DNA of 60,000 nucleotides, from NCBI RefSeq assembly GCF_037042905.1, contig NC_087251.1:21020001-21080000 (forward strand), in the 5' to 3' direction. The position numbers and the translations under genes were made by a program. Below the pieces are notes generated by a model. That model saw nothing but the letters and a program-made list of their open reading frames with translations. It made no database searches and was not told where the DNA came from. Source of the stretch: Lytechinus pictus (taxonomy: Eukaryota). Below, in pieces: positions 27,700 through 40,300 of this stretch; positions within the stretch are counted from its first letter, which is position 1, and each line of letters starts with the position of its first letter.

Positions 27700-27748
27700 C
27701 CACTACTGCTGCTGTTGCTGCTGCTACTACTACTACTAATACTACCAC
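27700..27748. repeat. (CTG/CTA)n trinucleotide microsatellite
   Basis: CTACTGCTGCTGTTGCTGCTGCTACTACTACTACTA; explains the poly-Leu ORF 27664-27882. Confidence 0.8.
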
Positions 27749-28280
27749 TGTCAACATATTGTACATTACAACTTTTCATTGATGGCAAGTACATTCCTGA
27801 TAGTCAGTTAAATAACACCGATGACAATATCAGGATATGTTTGCTGCAGAAATTCTATCATATGCAATCACGAAGAGTGTAATTACATTGTTGAATATAT
27901 CTGAACTTTACATATACTTGCAAATAGGATAATAGATAATAGATCATTTAATTTCGTGGTAATAACAATACTACCATTTAAAGGAAGGAAATCATGGCAG
28001 TAGGAAGTTACTTACGGGTAATATCCATTATTCGGGGTGCAAAAGGCCCTCTTTTTTTAGGAATTACATCCTATTACGATAAATTGAGTTTGTCATGTAA
28101 AAGTGGCGGTTAAATGGCGATTGGATACATTTCACTGGTTTTACCAAACACGGGAATATTTGAAATAACAAGTTCTCACAAAATAATGATAAAAACTTCC
28201 AGGTTATTTATTTTAATTACATATGAGAAATTCATGAAATACGTTTCTACGTGGGATGTTGTTATAATGATTGTTCATCA

Positions 28281-28342
28281 ACCGAACTTGCAAACAGTTT
28301 GAAAAAAACCACCGAGCTTGCAAACAGTTTGAAAAAAAACCC
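28281..28342. repeat. 30-bp tandem duplication
   Basis: ACCGAACTTGCAAACAGTTTGAAAAAAACC followed by ACCGAGCTTGCAAACAGTTTGAAAAAAAACCC. Confidence 0.85.
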
Positions 28343-31059
28343 AAAGTGGTTTATTTTTGGGAAAATTGAACTTTTTAAAACTCACTTCGAAGATTAAAGA
28401 CCTGTGATTGAAAAGTGTCGAAAACGAGACCGACCTCGTCAAGTTGATTTATATCCAGTAGTTATTTCTTATAAGATATCAATCAAGTGAACATATTCCA
28501 AACTGTACCCAAGTACTCCTTCAATCCCGCACTCACATGGTATTACATGGGTACAGGAATCCAATTTCATATTTCATGTATTTTGATTGGCAGAGCTCTT
28601 CATCGTGCGCTCTTACTAGATTCATGCGAACGGTTAACACAAAGATCTTCAACCTTCTACGCCATCTCATGGCACAATCCCTGGCAAACGACGCACCTTG
28701 TTAAATGGTTAGTTCCATCAGATTTTCGAGGATTTCTGAGGTTTCATTATGTTTTGACCCACATTACCCCCTTACGAAATTCCCAGGCGACCTTCTGGCG
28801 GTTTAGAATTCTGGATAAGTTTACTGAAATGGAGAGGAAAACGTGATGAATTCATAGGTTTCTGTATCGGGTTGCCACAAATTATCACTGTTTCTCGAGT
28901 TGTCCATTAAATCACCCCGATAATCTTGACGCCATGGAGAATGAGAAAGCTTCGTTTTATTCACCTCAGTCTTTATTTGACCTAAGAAGTTTGGCAAACC
29001 ACGTGACCTTTTTTCATAAACTTCAAGTTTTCGATCGAAACAGGTTACATAATTAAGTTAGCAATAGGATCTCAGAAATAGCGGAATAGAGAAAAGGTTA
29101 GGAAGGTGCATTAGTAGTCATAACGCTAAGGTAAGGTCTTGAAACTAAAGAAATGAGAGAATATTCGTGGTAGCATTTGTGTTTCTTTTCTTGTCCAGCT
29201 AGATCATGGGAGGAATAGATCCCCGCCTTTTGCGACCCCAGGGGAAATCAGAGGTATTAGGAATAATATCAAGTTCGAAATTGATATTGATACAGCAAAT
29301 ACATAACGAGTTCGTGAAAAGCTGTTGTCAAAATCAAGTAGCTTTCGAATGCATTTCAAATGTTTGCGACGCATTTATCTGATACGTAGTGTATCAGCGC
29401 TGTCATTGATATTGGTCAGAATCTAACATTTCTGGAATGATCAATCAGACCAAAACATGCACTGCATTTTGTCTTGTCGTTCTTTTCAAGCTTCAATCGC
29501 TATCGTATCTTCCTTGGGCTTTCATTAAACAGACATCTTCAGGCTATACGACGCCGCTCCGAGGATAATATTTAAGGAACCTCCCTTGAGGAGACAGCTT
29601 ATGCTTATGCGATAATTCTTGAATTATGGCTGTCGTAAACTTCTCTGAAAGGGTACATCATTGCCGATTTTAGATAAACATTGTGTCGGATTACGAGGGA
29701 GTTTGATTAAAACATCGCTAACACGAATCTCCCCTGGTAATATGCCCCTGACTCTGTCCTAAATCGTAAATCAGTCTCGTCCTTTTTACACTTTATATCC
29801 ACCACCTGTTCTGCCAACTCCCTCTTCATAATGAACAACTTGAATGATTTGGAGCAATGCTAAGCTCTCAACTCCTTGTGCTTCGTCCAAATTCATGTTC
29901 TTCTTCATTTCGCACGTAATTGTTTGTTTTCAAGGTTGTTTGTAATTGCTGAAAAATGTAATCTATTAGTGTTTCTTCCTATTCATCTTTTAGAATATTG
30001 CCTGTTCTTTAACATTCATCCTATATCATGATTGTACTTCACTTGCGAATTGATTTTTGTCTCTATTTTGACCTCTCCAAAATTCAATCTAATACACTTG
30101 ACCAAGCATAAGAATGCATATATGCTCGTGATGTTATGAAAATCTTTTGAATTACGATTATCTGTTTCACAGTAATTTGAAGGTTTCGCATCGGGACCAT
30201 GATGAAAATAATCTTTTGATCATGTTTTATCTCTTAGAAATGAATTCCAATAAATGAATATATAAAGAAGTAAATAAATGACTATATAAATAAGCACATT
30301 GGGTAATGATTGCAAAGTATATTATTTGCCCACACTCAAATTGAGTTATCATTAAACTGGCAAAACTTTGTTAAACTTTTAAGAGACATTTAGACGCTTC
30401 ATATAATGCATTTGTTTGAAATTCCACATGCAACTATTTAATTATCAATTAGTGAGTTATAATATGTTTCTCAGAGTCAAAGTACTTTTCTTCCTCAACG
30501 TGTTTTAAGAGTTTTTGTATTTACATATCAATTAATAAAGCCTGTATATCAATATGAAATGTTTTAGCTATCAGCGGTAGCTAGCGGTGATAATCATTTG
30601 ATTATAGAAGCCTCTAACCTTTAAACTATTGTTGCGCACGTAAGGAGGGGTATTCTTTGGAATTAATTATCTTTCCAAATAAGGAAATTTTCCTCTGAAA
30701 GAATATTCCAAGTGAAGTTTGAGTTTGACTTCGCCAAAAGTTTGCAGTTTTTATCAAATGAGTGACGTTGAAATCGCCAAAAATCTCTTTTATGTAAGCC
30801 CTATCTCATAAACGTACTTTATATTTCGCACTTTTTGAATGGGTCAATTTCTTTTCTGTACTATATGAGATCAGATCTTTTTGACTGATTCCGAAAATGC
30901 GGACAGTAAATTGATGTCTACAGGCGAATGTCATTAACGTTATCTGTAAGTCACAAGAAATCGGTGACAAATGCAGGTTCTTGCAGAGATGCTTAAGAGA
31001 CCATCTTTTTTGTTTTGTTTTGTCTTCTTATCGCCACCATCAATCCTCTTGATGCTTAC

Positions 31060-31164
31060 TATTGAAACGCTGTCCCCAGTTTCTCGGTATCGTTGGGATA
31101 ATGGTTTTGGTAATGGCGGAGAATTGGTGAAGAAATAAGTAGATTGCGAAGGTGATGGAATGAA
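31060..31164 (-). CDS. Candidate 105-bp exon of the minus-strand host gene
   Basis: Minus strand: tttttcaaactttgctttaccctgctcag|TTCATT...TTCAATA|gtaagc; length is a multiple of 3 and all three frames are open; phase-2 reading SFHHLRNLLISSPILRHYQNHYPNDTEKLGTAFQ. Confidence 0.35.
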
Positions 31165-33494
31165 CTGAGCAGGGTAAAGCAAAGTTTGAAAAACTATTAC
31201 TGTGAATGGAATTTTTCACAGATTAGTTACTCTATTCACTCAATGAAACTTCATTGTAAAGTACCATAAAAATAGCTGATTTCCTTGAATGCTCAAAAGC
31301 GTCTATGATTGAAAAAAGATCACTTAGAAGAACCAAATTTCCATATTTTTATTCAACTTTTCCAACTTAAATTTTTGTTTTGTTTAATGAGGAAAAACCA
31401 CAAGTGGTGAAATATGAGCAAGAAAATTCTGGCATCTATGAATATTATTTTAATTGTTTGATTGTGTATTTTCTTACAGTAGGTAACACCGTTCAGAAAA
31501 TATTTCACCTCCTGTGTCGCGCAATATTCATTTTTATCGATGAATAGTGCAGTCAATAAGCAGTACGTGAAATCTTGCGGACTTTCTGCTGCAGACGCAT
31601 TGACCCCCCCCAACACTCACACACTCAGTTGAAAAAAAAAATACACCACATCTCTGCTTTAAGCTTGCATTACTTTGTTTATGAGCACGTTCATCCAACA
31701 AATGTGATATGAATATTTTGAAAAGAAATAAACCTGTCAGTGGCTTAAATCAGTCGTCGAGCTTTGATGCCGACAACAAGTTCAAACGAAGCCAGGCATT
31801 GGGAAAAAATTGCTATGTTCGCTGTTTGATCTTAATACTTGGATCAATAGTTTTCTTAGACCGAGTTTCAAAGTCATATTAAAACACAGCCATATCTAAT
31901 CTATATATATCACGTGATGGATGTCAGTTCCCAGACTGAAATCCTTTGAAACGAAAACGCTTTTTCTTCTAATCCTCATTGCTTTATGCTGTTGATCACC
32001 ATCGCGTCATAAATGCCACTTTTTTCTTTTCACTTTGGCTTGTTTATTACCTGACTAAGTTGGCTTGAGGCAAGAACCAAAGACACCTGCAGAGAGACTC
32101 TTGGTGTGAAGAAAATCAATTATGTTCCCATTCGGATGTAAGAAGGTAAAATAGATAATGAGGACACGTATTCAGAAAAATAGAATGTAGGCAAATAAAA
32201 GCCAACATACAAAATTTACCATCTTATGTCTTATATTTTTCTCAAGAGGGGGAAAGATCGCGCTCAAAATTGTGTTAATGAAATAAATCATACGAAACCT
32301 GATGAAAACAGATGGTAATCACCAATGTTCGATCGTCTCTCGCGTATCACGTATCAACTTCATTCCCACCTAAATCATCTCAATCAAATAGCATAATTCT
32401 TAATTGATTTATTTACTCATCATCTTTTTTTTCTCCGTCATAAAAAGCAAAGGGATCCGGTCACAACGAAGAGGATACATTTTACGACAACAAAAGTCAA
32501 AGAATAAACATGAAAATCTTAAAAAGAATAATTTAAATGAATGGCAAACTGTTATTTCTTTATCCAAATATTTCTCAATGGACGTCGATTTCAATGATAT
32601 TTAGCGAAATGTACTTTTAAGTACACTCGAGATTAATGACGTCTGATTCATAAGTTCATCATAATGAAATTGGCGAACTGACGTAAAAAAATACATCATT
32701 ACAATTACACGCCTTATAAGAGAAGAAGGATAAGTACTATAACATTACGATAAACGTGCAGAGTGTAATACTTTCTAAGAAAGCAAGTGCAACCGTTTTG
32801 TTCGATATTGATTTGTTACGTATTCTCGGAAACCCGCCAAAGACTTTCAAAAACGTGCCTGAATTGACAACACTTCTCTAATGTTCTTCGTAGTTATCTC
32901 TAATAGCTTTGTATCGATGTGTCCTACTGACATGTCCTTGGGGAAACGTCCTTGATTTTCCTTTGTCTGAAATCTTATTCTCACTTTGAAGATGGATAAC
33001 AGTTACTTCCTTTGATCATCTAATTGCTATTGCCAGAGGTATATGTTTGAGTTGCGAAGGGTGTTTTAAGCTTCGTCATTAGAAATACAGATAATGCGAA
33101 GTATCAAAGAAATGGACACATTATCGTCCCCTACAAGAGCACATAATGATACCTGGTTTAAATCAATTGAGAGAATATGGCTGAATAGAGTGTCCCCAAA
33201 GGATATAAAAAAAAAAACTTAATTGACGCTCCACCGAAGAGAATTAACATTTCATGTCTTCGTGGAATTAAAAACTTAATGAAATATAAGTGTATATTCT
33301 AGTAAGTTTACTATTAAATATGACATCATCTTTTTTTAATAAATATGCTTTGAATCAATGCAATTTCATTAAGAAAAATTAATTGGGATGGATAAAAGAA
33401 GATTTATTTAAACAGAGATGAAAATTCGGCAGAATTAAAATCGTAAACTCTATAGATTGTGTTCCTTCCTAAGGGGGCAACACAACCGGGTTAA

Positions 33495-34096
33495 AGGGAT
33501 TGTCCAGGCCTAGAGATATTTATATCTCAATAAATAGAGTAAAATGCTGAAAATTTGATCAAAATAGGATAACAAATAACGAAGTTAATGAATTTTAAAG
33601 ATTTGCATTATTCCGGTGAAACAGTTCTAGGCATGTTTTCATGAATATTCATTAGGTGGGTTGATGATGTCATATCCCACTTGTTCTTTTGTATTTTGTT
33701 ATATGCAAGAAGGTTTATTCAATTTTTTCTACCAGGAACTAAAACAATTGGATTGACAACTGATTAAGTGCATTAGTTATTTATTGCCGTAACTTATTTC
33801 ATCATAATGGAGACACATCATTTACACATGTATAGACACATGAAACAATCATGATTTCATGTAATAACATAAGAAAAAGGAAAGTAGGGATATGACATCA
33901 TCAGCCAACCTAATGAATATTCATGACGATGTGCATATTACTGTTTTCACAAAATATTTATAAACTTTAAAGTTCAATAACTTCGTTATTATTTTGTTAT
34001 CCGATTTTGATGAAATTCCCAGCATTTTGCTCTGTGAATTTTACTCTATTTATTCTATTTATTTAGATATAAATATTTTCAGCCCGGACCATCCCT
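33495..34096 (+). mobile_element. Kolobok-like non-autonomous element, family B copy 1
   Basis: TTAA|AGGGATTGTCCAGGC ... GCCCGGACCATCCCT|TTAT; long imperfect inverted arms; homologous to 53035-53615. Confidence 0.85.
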
Positions 34097-34170
34097 TTAT
34101 AAAAGAAACAACTTCGGGTATTCTATTTTCCCCAGACCGTATACATGGTATAGTGAAAATAGAACATATA

Positions 34171-35151
34171 CAGTGCGTATCAAAAAAAAGTTTACACAAA
34201 AATCCTGTAAAATTATACATTTGTAATATCCTGAAGATTTTTCCACATTTTAACATTGGTACAGATCCATTTAAGCAAATGACGATATAACTGTCGAAAA
34301 ATATTTTTGCTTGAGTGAGCACCACTTACTTTTGAAAAGTTAGTGAAAAATGATTTGCGCAGAACTTTGAAATAGTTATGTGAATAAAAGTAGACCTTAA
34401 TCATGAAGAACACGTGGAATTTAGCTAGTAAAATTAATTTGAAGATATCTTTTACCTTTTTTAACTTGTTTCCTTGCCAAAAAAACTTCAAAGAGTGCAT
34501 TGCACCCCACACCACTCCCCACACACCTAGGCCATCTTGACGATATTGCTTTACACTGAGCTGTGATTTACATGAAATGGCCTAGGCTTGATTTTCATTT
34601 TGTTAATCATTGTAAAGCTTGGAAAAAGTGTGGATAAACAAGTATTAAATGAAAAATGAAATGTAAACCCATTTTAAATGATAAAAACTTAATGAAAAAA
34701 TGCTAGAGATGTCTGATATAAACTTTTGTTCAGATTTAGTTATGTCCTCAGATCCAGCTGGCACTAAAAGGTTAAATGTTGTGCTTACTAAGTGTTGAAA
34801 TTTCAATTTGGGTGGCTAAATTGTTACAAAATGCTTGAATGTATCCGTTTTATTTCAATTGACTAAAAGTTCAAGAGAAATGTATGAGAAATGTTTCGCA
34901 GGGTAAGTTTGATTTCGCCCTTTCCCCTTGACACAGGGTGAAAACAAGCATTTCTGCGCAAACAGATTTGTGCGAGCTTTAAAAAAATGGACAGTGCTCA
35001 CTCAAGCTTAACATTCTGTCAAAACTTTTACTTTCATTGGATAGATGAGACCCAAACCCAAGATCATATGTGAAAAAAAATACCAACATGTTGTATATTT
35101 TTCAATTCCCAGGGCTTTTTCAAAGTGTAAACTTTTTTTTGGTACGCACTG
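34171..35151 (+). mobile_element. Tc1/mariner-like non-autonomous element (~980 bp)
   Basis: TA|CAGTGCGTATCAAAAAAAAGTTTACAC ... GTGTAAACTTTTTTTTGGTACGCACTG|TA; no transposase ORF. Confidence 0.88.
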
Positions 35152-35485
35152 TAGAAAATACACAGCGCGCTAGATCAGTTTCCAAACAATGGTGAATTAT
35201 TACAACATTGCACCTCATACCTGCCATTACCGGTGATTTATTCTTTGAGATAAAATTTGACAAAGCAGTGTTGCTCTACTTCCATTTTAAATTATTTCAA
35301 ATAGGCCATTTTTACGGCAATTGCGATACAAATTTTAAAGGTCTTGAAGTAAAATTGGAATAGACAACTGAGAACACATGTATTTTTTAAATCATAGTAC
35401 ATGTCTGGAAATTACTTAGAATCGGTCTCTCACTCAGGCAGGGCAATTCAAAAGAGCAAAAACGGTGCGAGGGGCGGAATTACAA

Positions 35486-35885
35486 AATAATAATAATAAT
35501 AAATTACAATAATAACAACAACAACAATAATAATAATAATCCGCTTTTATATAGCGCTTAATTCACCGGAACGACGTGTCTCTCAAGCGCTTTACAGATA
35601 TATTATTACCCCGTTCATCGGATTCAATCAGTCATTCCCACACGCAATGTGTGCACATCATCCACTTGCTGTGGAGTATTCCAGTCTGTCGCCGGTGAGG
35701 CGCACACAGTACTGGACAAGCTACAATGACTTTCACATCTTACCCTGTACCCATTTAGCACCTGGAACGAGGGTGGCAAAATGTGGATTAATGCCCTGCC
35801 AAAGGACGCCAGACCGTGGTGGGATTCGAACACACGACCCTCTGTTCAGAAGGCGAAAGTCAGAACCACTATACACCACGGCTCC
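35486..35885 (-). mobile_element. tRNA-derived SINE
   Basis: Minus-strand head GGAGCCGTGGTGTATAGTGGTT (A box) ... GTTCGAATCC (B box); CORE-like body CCTTTGGCAGGGCA...CCAGGTGCTAAATGGGTAC; tail AAGCGCTATATAAAAGCGG(ATT)n. Confidence 0.88.
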
Positions 35886-36845
35886 TCCATAATCTTACTG
35901 TTGCGATGATATAAATGTTGCTCTCTTTATAGTTTATTCCTGACCTAAATTATAAATTTAGCCTGATTCTACAATTACGATTTGATAATTCCTTCTTCAA
36001 CATATTAATCCGTCCGTGTCATACCAACGAATACAGGCTCTAAATGGAAATACTACTATTTTATAGGTTTAACTGCGACATTGCTTCAAGACAGCATTCT
36101 TACAATCATGATTCGTTTTTTGTTCAAATATTTCGTTATTGGTCTCTTGACATAAAACTTTCTATGGGCTTATTCTTAGATTGTACAATGCTATCACATT
36201 GACGTTCTGCGCATGAATAAATAAACGAAATAAAAGTGAAGATAAGATTAATACCCTCCTCTTGGCATGCCTGGAAAATGATCGTTAATATTAAAACTCA
36301 ATTACTCAATTTACGAAGTCTCATAACAAAATTATCTAAACGTCTAGTTATGTATTTGGTCATCTATTGCAAACGCCTATTGCCTTTGTTGAGAGGATGC
36401 AAGTAAGTTCATTGTATCTCAATTTGATTTTATGATTCTTGTCTCTGACAATGAGAAGTTATGAATGATCAATCTCGAGAATAAATACAAAAAAAAATTA
36501 TAATAAAAATAAAAATAACATAACACTGGGGGAATTCCCTATCGAATATAGCACGTAATTTATGCACACAGGTGTTCGCACATATTTTCCATGCCCTGAT
36601 CGGTAGTCTGCTGTGCAAACCATTGACTCGAGTTATTAAAGGGTCTGAATATGCAATGTGCAGCCTACTCATGCTTTGTGTTCTGAAGGCCCTCTCGTTC
36701 AGAATTAAAACAGCAAGTTTTGTATGAGCTAGTCTTTGCGTTGGGACACACTTGTTGATCAAAGGTTCAATCAGGGCCTGCGCCTGCAGACTACTTAATG
36801 GGCGTCCATTTCAAGATTAAATAGAAATTATAAACGTTTACTTAC

Positions 36846-36941
36846 CCCACTCTGCCGTAAGTTGAATTGGCAGGGGTTGGCCAAATATCCAGTCCCCTGC
36901 CATCGTTGACCTCGGGTACGTTCATTGCTGGACGTAGCTCC
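36846..36941 (-). CDS. 96-bp coding exon of an unidentified host gene
   Basis: Minus strand: ctcttttgttttacag|GGAGCTA...AGAGTGGG|gtaagta; GC-rich island in AT-rich intron; phase 2-2 reading ELRPAMNVPEVNDGRGLDIWPTPANSTYGRVG continues the frame of the 50439-50482 exon. Confidence 0.75.
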
Positions 36942-37046
36942 CTGTAAAACAAAAGAGCAAACGTAAAAATATCCTGTTAAAAGCCCTGTCACATACAGCA
37001 ATTTAAGGATAATTACGTTGTCAGACGAAGAAGATTCAACACTTTA

Positions 37047-37326
37047 AATAATGATAATATTGGATTTGTATAGCGCACGTATCCATCCACCTTGTTGGGT
37101 GCTCAATGTGCTCATACATTACCCCGGCTAATCTAATCTACCGATTCCGTTGCTCACAGCTTTTTGAGGAATTACTTACTGCCGGTACCCATTTACCTCA
37201 CCTGGGTTGAGTGCAGCCTAATGTGGGTAAATTTCTTTCTGAAGGAAACACGCCACGGCTGGGAATCGAACCCACGTCCCTGAGATTGAAAGACGAGAGT
37301 CTTAACCACTAGACAATGACACCCCC
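37047..37326 (-). mobile_element. tRNA-derived SINE (sea-urchin SURF1/SINE2-like)
   Basis: Minus-strand head GGGGTGTCATTGTCTAGTGGTTAAGAC (A box) ... GGTTCGATTCCC (B box); body CAACCCAGGTGAGGTAAATGGGTACCGGC; tail GTGCGCTATACAAATCCAATATTATCATTATT. The family name is from recall, not a search. Confidence 0.87.
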
Positions 37327-40300
37327 ACATGTCCGAGGTTGGGAATGACATTTGGAAATGACTGATAACGCCTATATTTTCCATATAAGAGTAGATAAAG
37401 AAGTGTACAATAAACGCCTACGTTCGTTTATTAAACAGTATTATTAGTGGGCAACACGTGACAGAGCCTTAAGAAATGCCTAGACCATTCCAGAAAAAAA
37501 TGTCAGTAGATTAGAAACAGAAAGATCCTCATATTCTGTGCATACGGAGCTTTCTAGCAGATATCAATTTTTATATAAGATTTTGGAAGCTGTCTTCATT
37601 CATAATGGTAACTTCCTCGACCACTCGATGACATCCTGTCACATTTTGTTAAAAGAAACAAACCTCAACCACTAACGAATATTCCTTCTTGCCCAATATT
37701 ATTTGTTTAATACAATAACAAAGGGTGACAGAAAAAAAGCTGTCACATTCTTCGGTATAAAACTAATTAAATCATTAATAAGATCTAAAGAGGTAAATCT
37801 TAATGACGTTCAACGGGTGGGTGTTTGATATCCCTGTTCGACATACGGTAAGGTGTACTTAAACTAGCTTTAGAGGGCAATGAAAATAAACAATCCTATA
37901 CGTCTCTTATCCTGCCTTTCAAAATATATGATCACCATCATTTGTCGCGTGGCGCCGTTTTTTGCGGGAGAACCTCGGAGTGTTTACCATGTTATCTAAC
38001 GAGCCAAACGAGTCTGACCTTATCTGTATTAAAGTGAAATGATTATAAATCAAATGTCAAGATCTCGACATTGTTGTTTCCTTCATGGCAATGCAGTGTC
38101 CATCTAATCAGACCCCTTCCTTTCTTTTTCTCGGCCAAATTGAATCGGAATTAACCTTCTGTGACGTAATTTGGGGCACGCGGCGCTCGCATATATAGCG
38201 AACCAAGACGTCCTCCAAAGAAGCGTTAAACTTCTGTTGAAGGGTGCTCGTGGGTAGCTAATGTCATTTATTCTGCCTTTTACCAACAATATTTGCAGTC
38301 CAATAATTAAGGATAAACCGTGTTACTGATGATGATACTCATAAATGCCAGAGTCACTTTGACAATTACCATGACTAATCCATATCTCCTTTCGCCCACA
38401 TTATCTTTAATTTCGTCAGAGGTTGTGTGCCTAAGATAGAGTCATCCCAGCTTCGGTGAGTTGACGTAGATGAGATTTAATTTCGCTCTTTTCCTCTCCA
38501 AGAACAAAAATGAAATGCAAGGATATGCGTGTTACAAGTATGTTACAAAACACGTTTTTTTTAAGATTCGGTTATAATTAAACAACAGCATCAACATTAT
38601 TAATATCATATGTTGAAAGAAAGCGCAATGATAAACATGGTGCTATTTAAATTAGCACACTAAGAAAGTCTATCCAATTATGTGATGTAATATCTCCTTC
38701 AAAAATTTAATTACCATATATATTTAAAACCCATTATTACCTGATAATGCCTGATAGTTATCCAAACTGATATAAAACCTGCCAACAATGCCTTTGAATT
38801 TGAAAGGCACGTTGAGAACACATAATATAGAAAATCCAAAATTAAAATATTACAGAAATCCTGGGTTATTATTTTTTTATATTAATTCTAAGTATTTCTA
38901 TTTTGCAAGTGCAGCAAAGCGAGCAAGAGAGAAACAACCCCAAAGAATAAAAATACGACGACTTCTTAAATATTTTACACATGTGAGTCACGTAAGGAAT
39001 CACAATCCTTTCAGTGAATATACCCCCTGTTTGGGATTTAATAGTACTTTTATTCAATTTCAATAGGGATTCTGTAACACATTATACAGACATGGTACCA
39101 ACTATTAGTTTTAACATGTTTACAGTTATTATATTACAGCTTCCAATAAATAAGTTTTAAAAACGTGTTAAAAATCCTCTAATATCATGAAATTTAAGCA
39201 AGATTGGTAACTAATTATCAAACTAAAACTAAACCATATTGAATTGAATTTATTTGTTTATTTCATTTCTATATCCATTTTTCAACATACCAAAAAAATA
39301 ATATATTTAAAGGAAGAGGACACACTTCGGCGTCTCATATTATATGCATACGCCAGTGCAATTGGGTGATTGATTGATGGTCACATTAGTCAATTCATTT
39401 TTTTTTAAGAATGTTCACATGACAGTATTCAACGTTTCTTCATAAGAAACATGAATCTGTGTAGAAATTAACGTTTTTGATTTGAAGTCGTTTCATGAAA
39501 CTCCAACATGAATGACACACAATAATGCAATAGACTGAGCTATATTCGTGTTCTTGAAAATAATTCGAGGAATTGAAAACGGGTTGAAATCCTCCACGAT
39601 AAATGAAGACTATAGAGTTGTCATCTTACAAGTCTGATAAGCCTCTGAAGATAGTTGTGGATTCTTTCAGGGATAATTTTTTTTTACCCTATTAAGCTGC
39701 AAAGTTGGCACTAAAGCGAAAGAGGCTCAAAACCTCATGGAATTGTAACGCAAACCCTTTTCTTCGATCATCAGCCTCAATGACAATGAAAATGTGATAT
39801 GTGTGCGGAGTTAATGGCCCTACCGTTGCGTATTCGCCTGGAATGTGATCGTAATGTGCTCCTCTTTGGAGCATCGCATCGGGAGATAATTCTTGCCACT
39901 TATTTCAACTTTGAAATGAGCCAAACGTGACGGGAACTGCCAAATATATTTTTTTATTTGGCAGAAGGTGATGAAGTTGTTGCAAAGCTTGAAAGGGTAG
40001 TGTGATCAGTGAACGACTGCTGCGGTGCATCGCATCTGATGAGATGTCTCAACCGAGATGATTTCTTAGTTGGCGCTCTTGAATTGCTGAATCGATTTTT
40101 GGCGGGTTCTGAAGCTCTCGGGGGTATAGTTCGTGATATAGAATGTGAATGCTTGACTCTGGAGGGAGAGGGGGCTGGATATAGACGTGATACTGAAAAA
40201 AATGAGGATTTATACACGTCATGGTACTCGGTTATTCACTCCGGGCGAGTAAGGTTGGACAATTGAGGTTAAGGACGAGTCAGAGAGAGAAAGAGAGAGG

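Noticed and set aside
31060..31164. Resemblance of SFHHLRNLLISSPILRHY to the Gypsy RT-RNase H linker
   Set aside because: The match is too short, the following DAS motif is absent, and there are no LTR or pol remnants nearby.
35810..35885. tRNA gene (also 37250-37326)
   Set aside because: The A/B boxes run into SINE bodies and AT-repeat tails; these are SINE heads.
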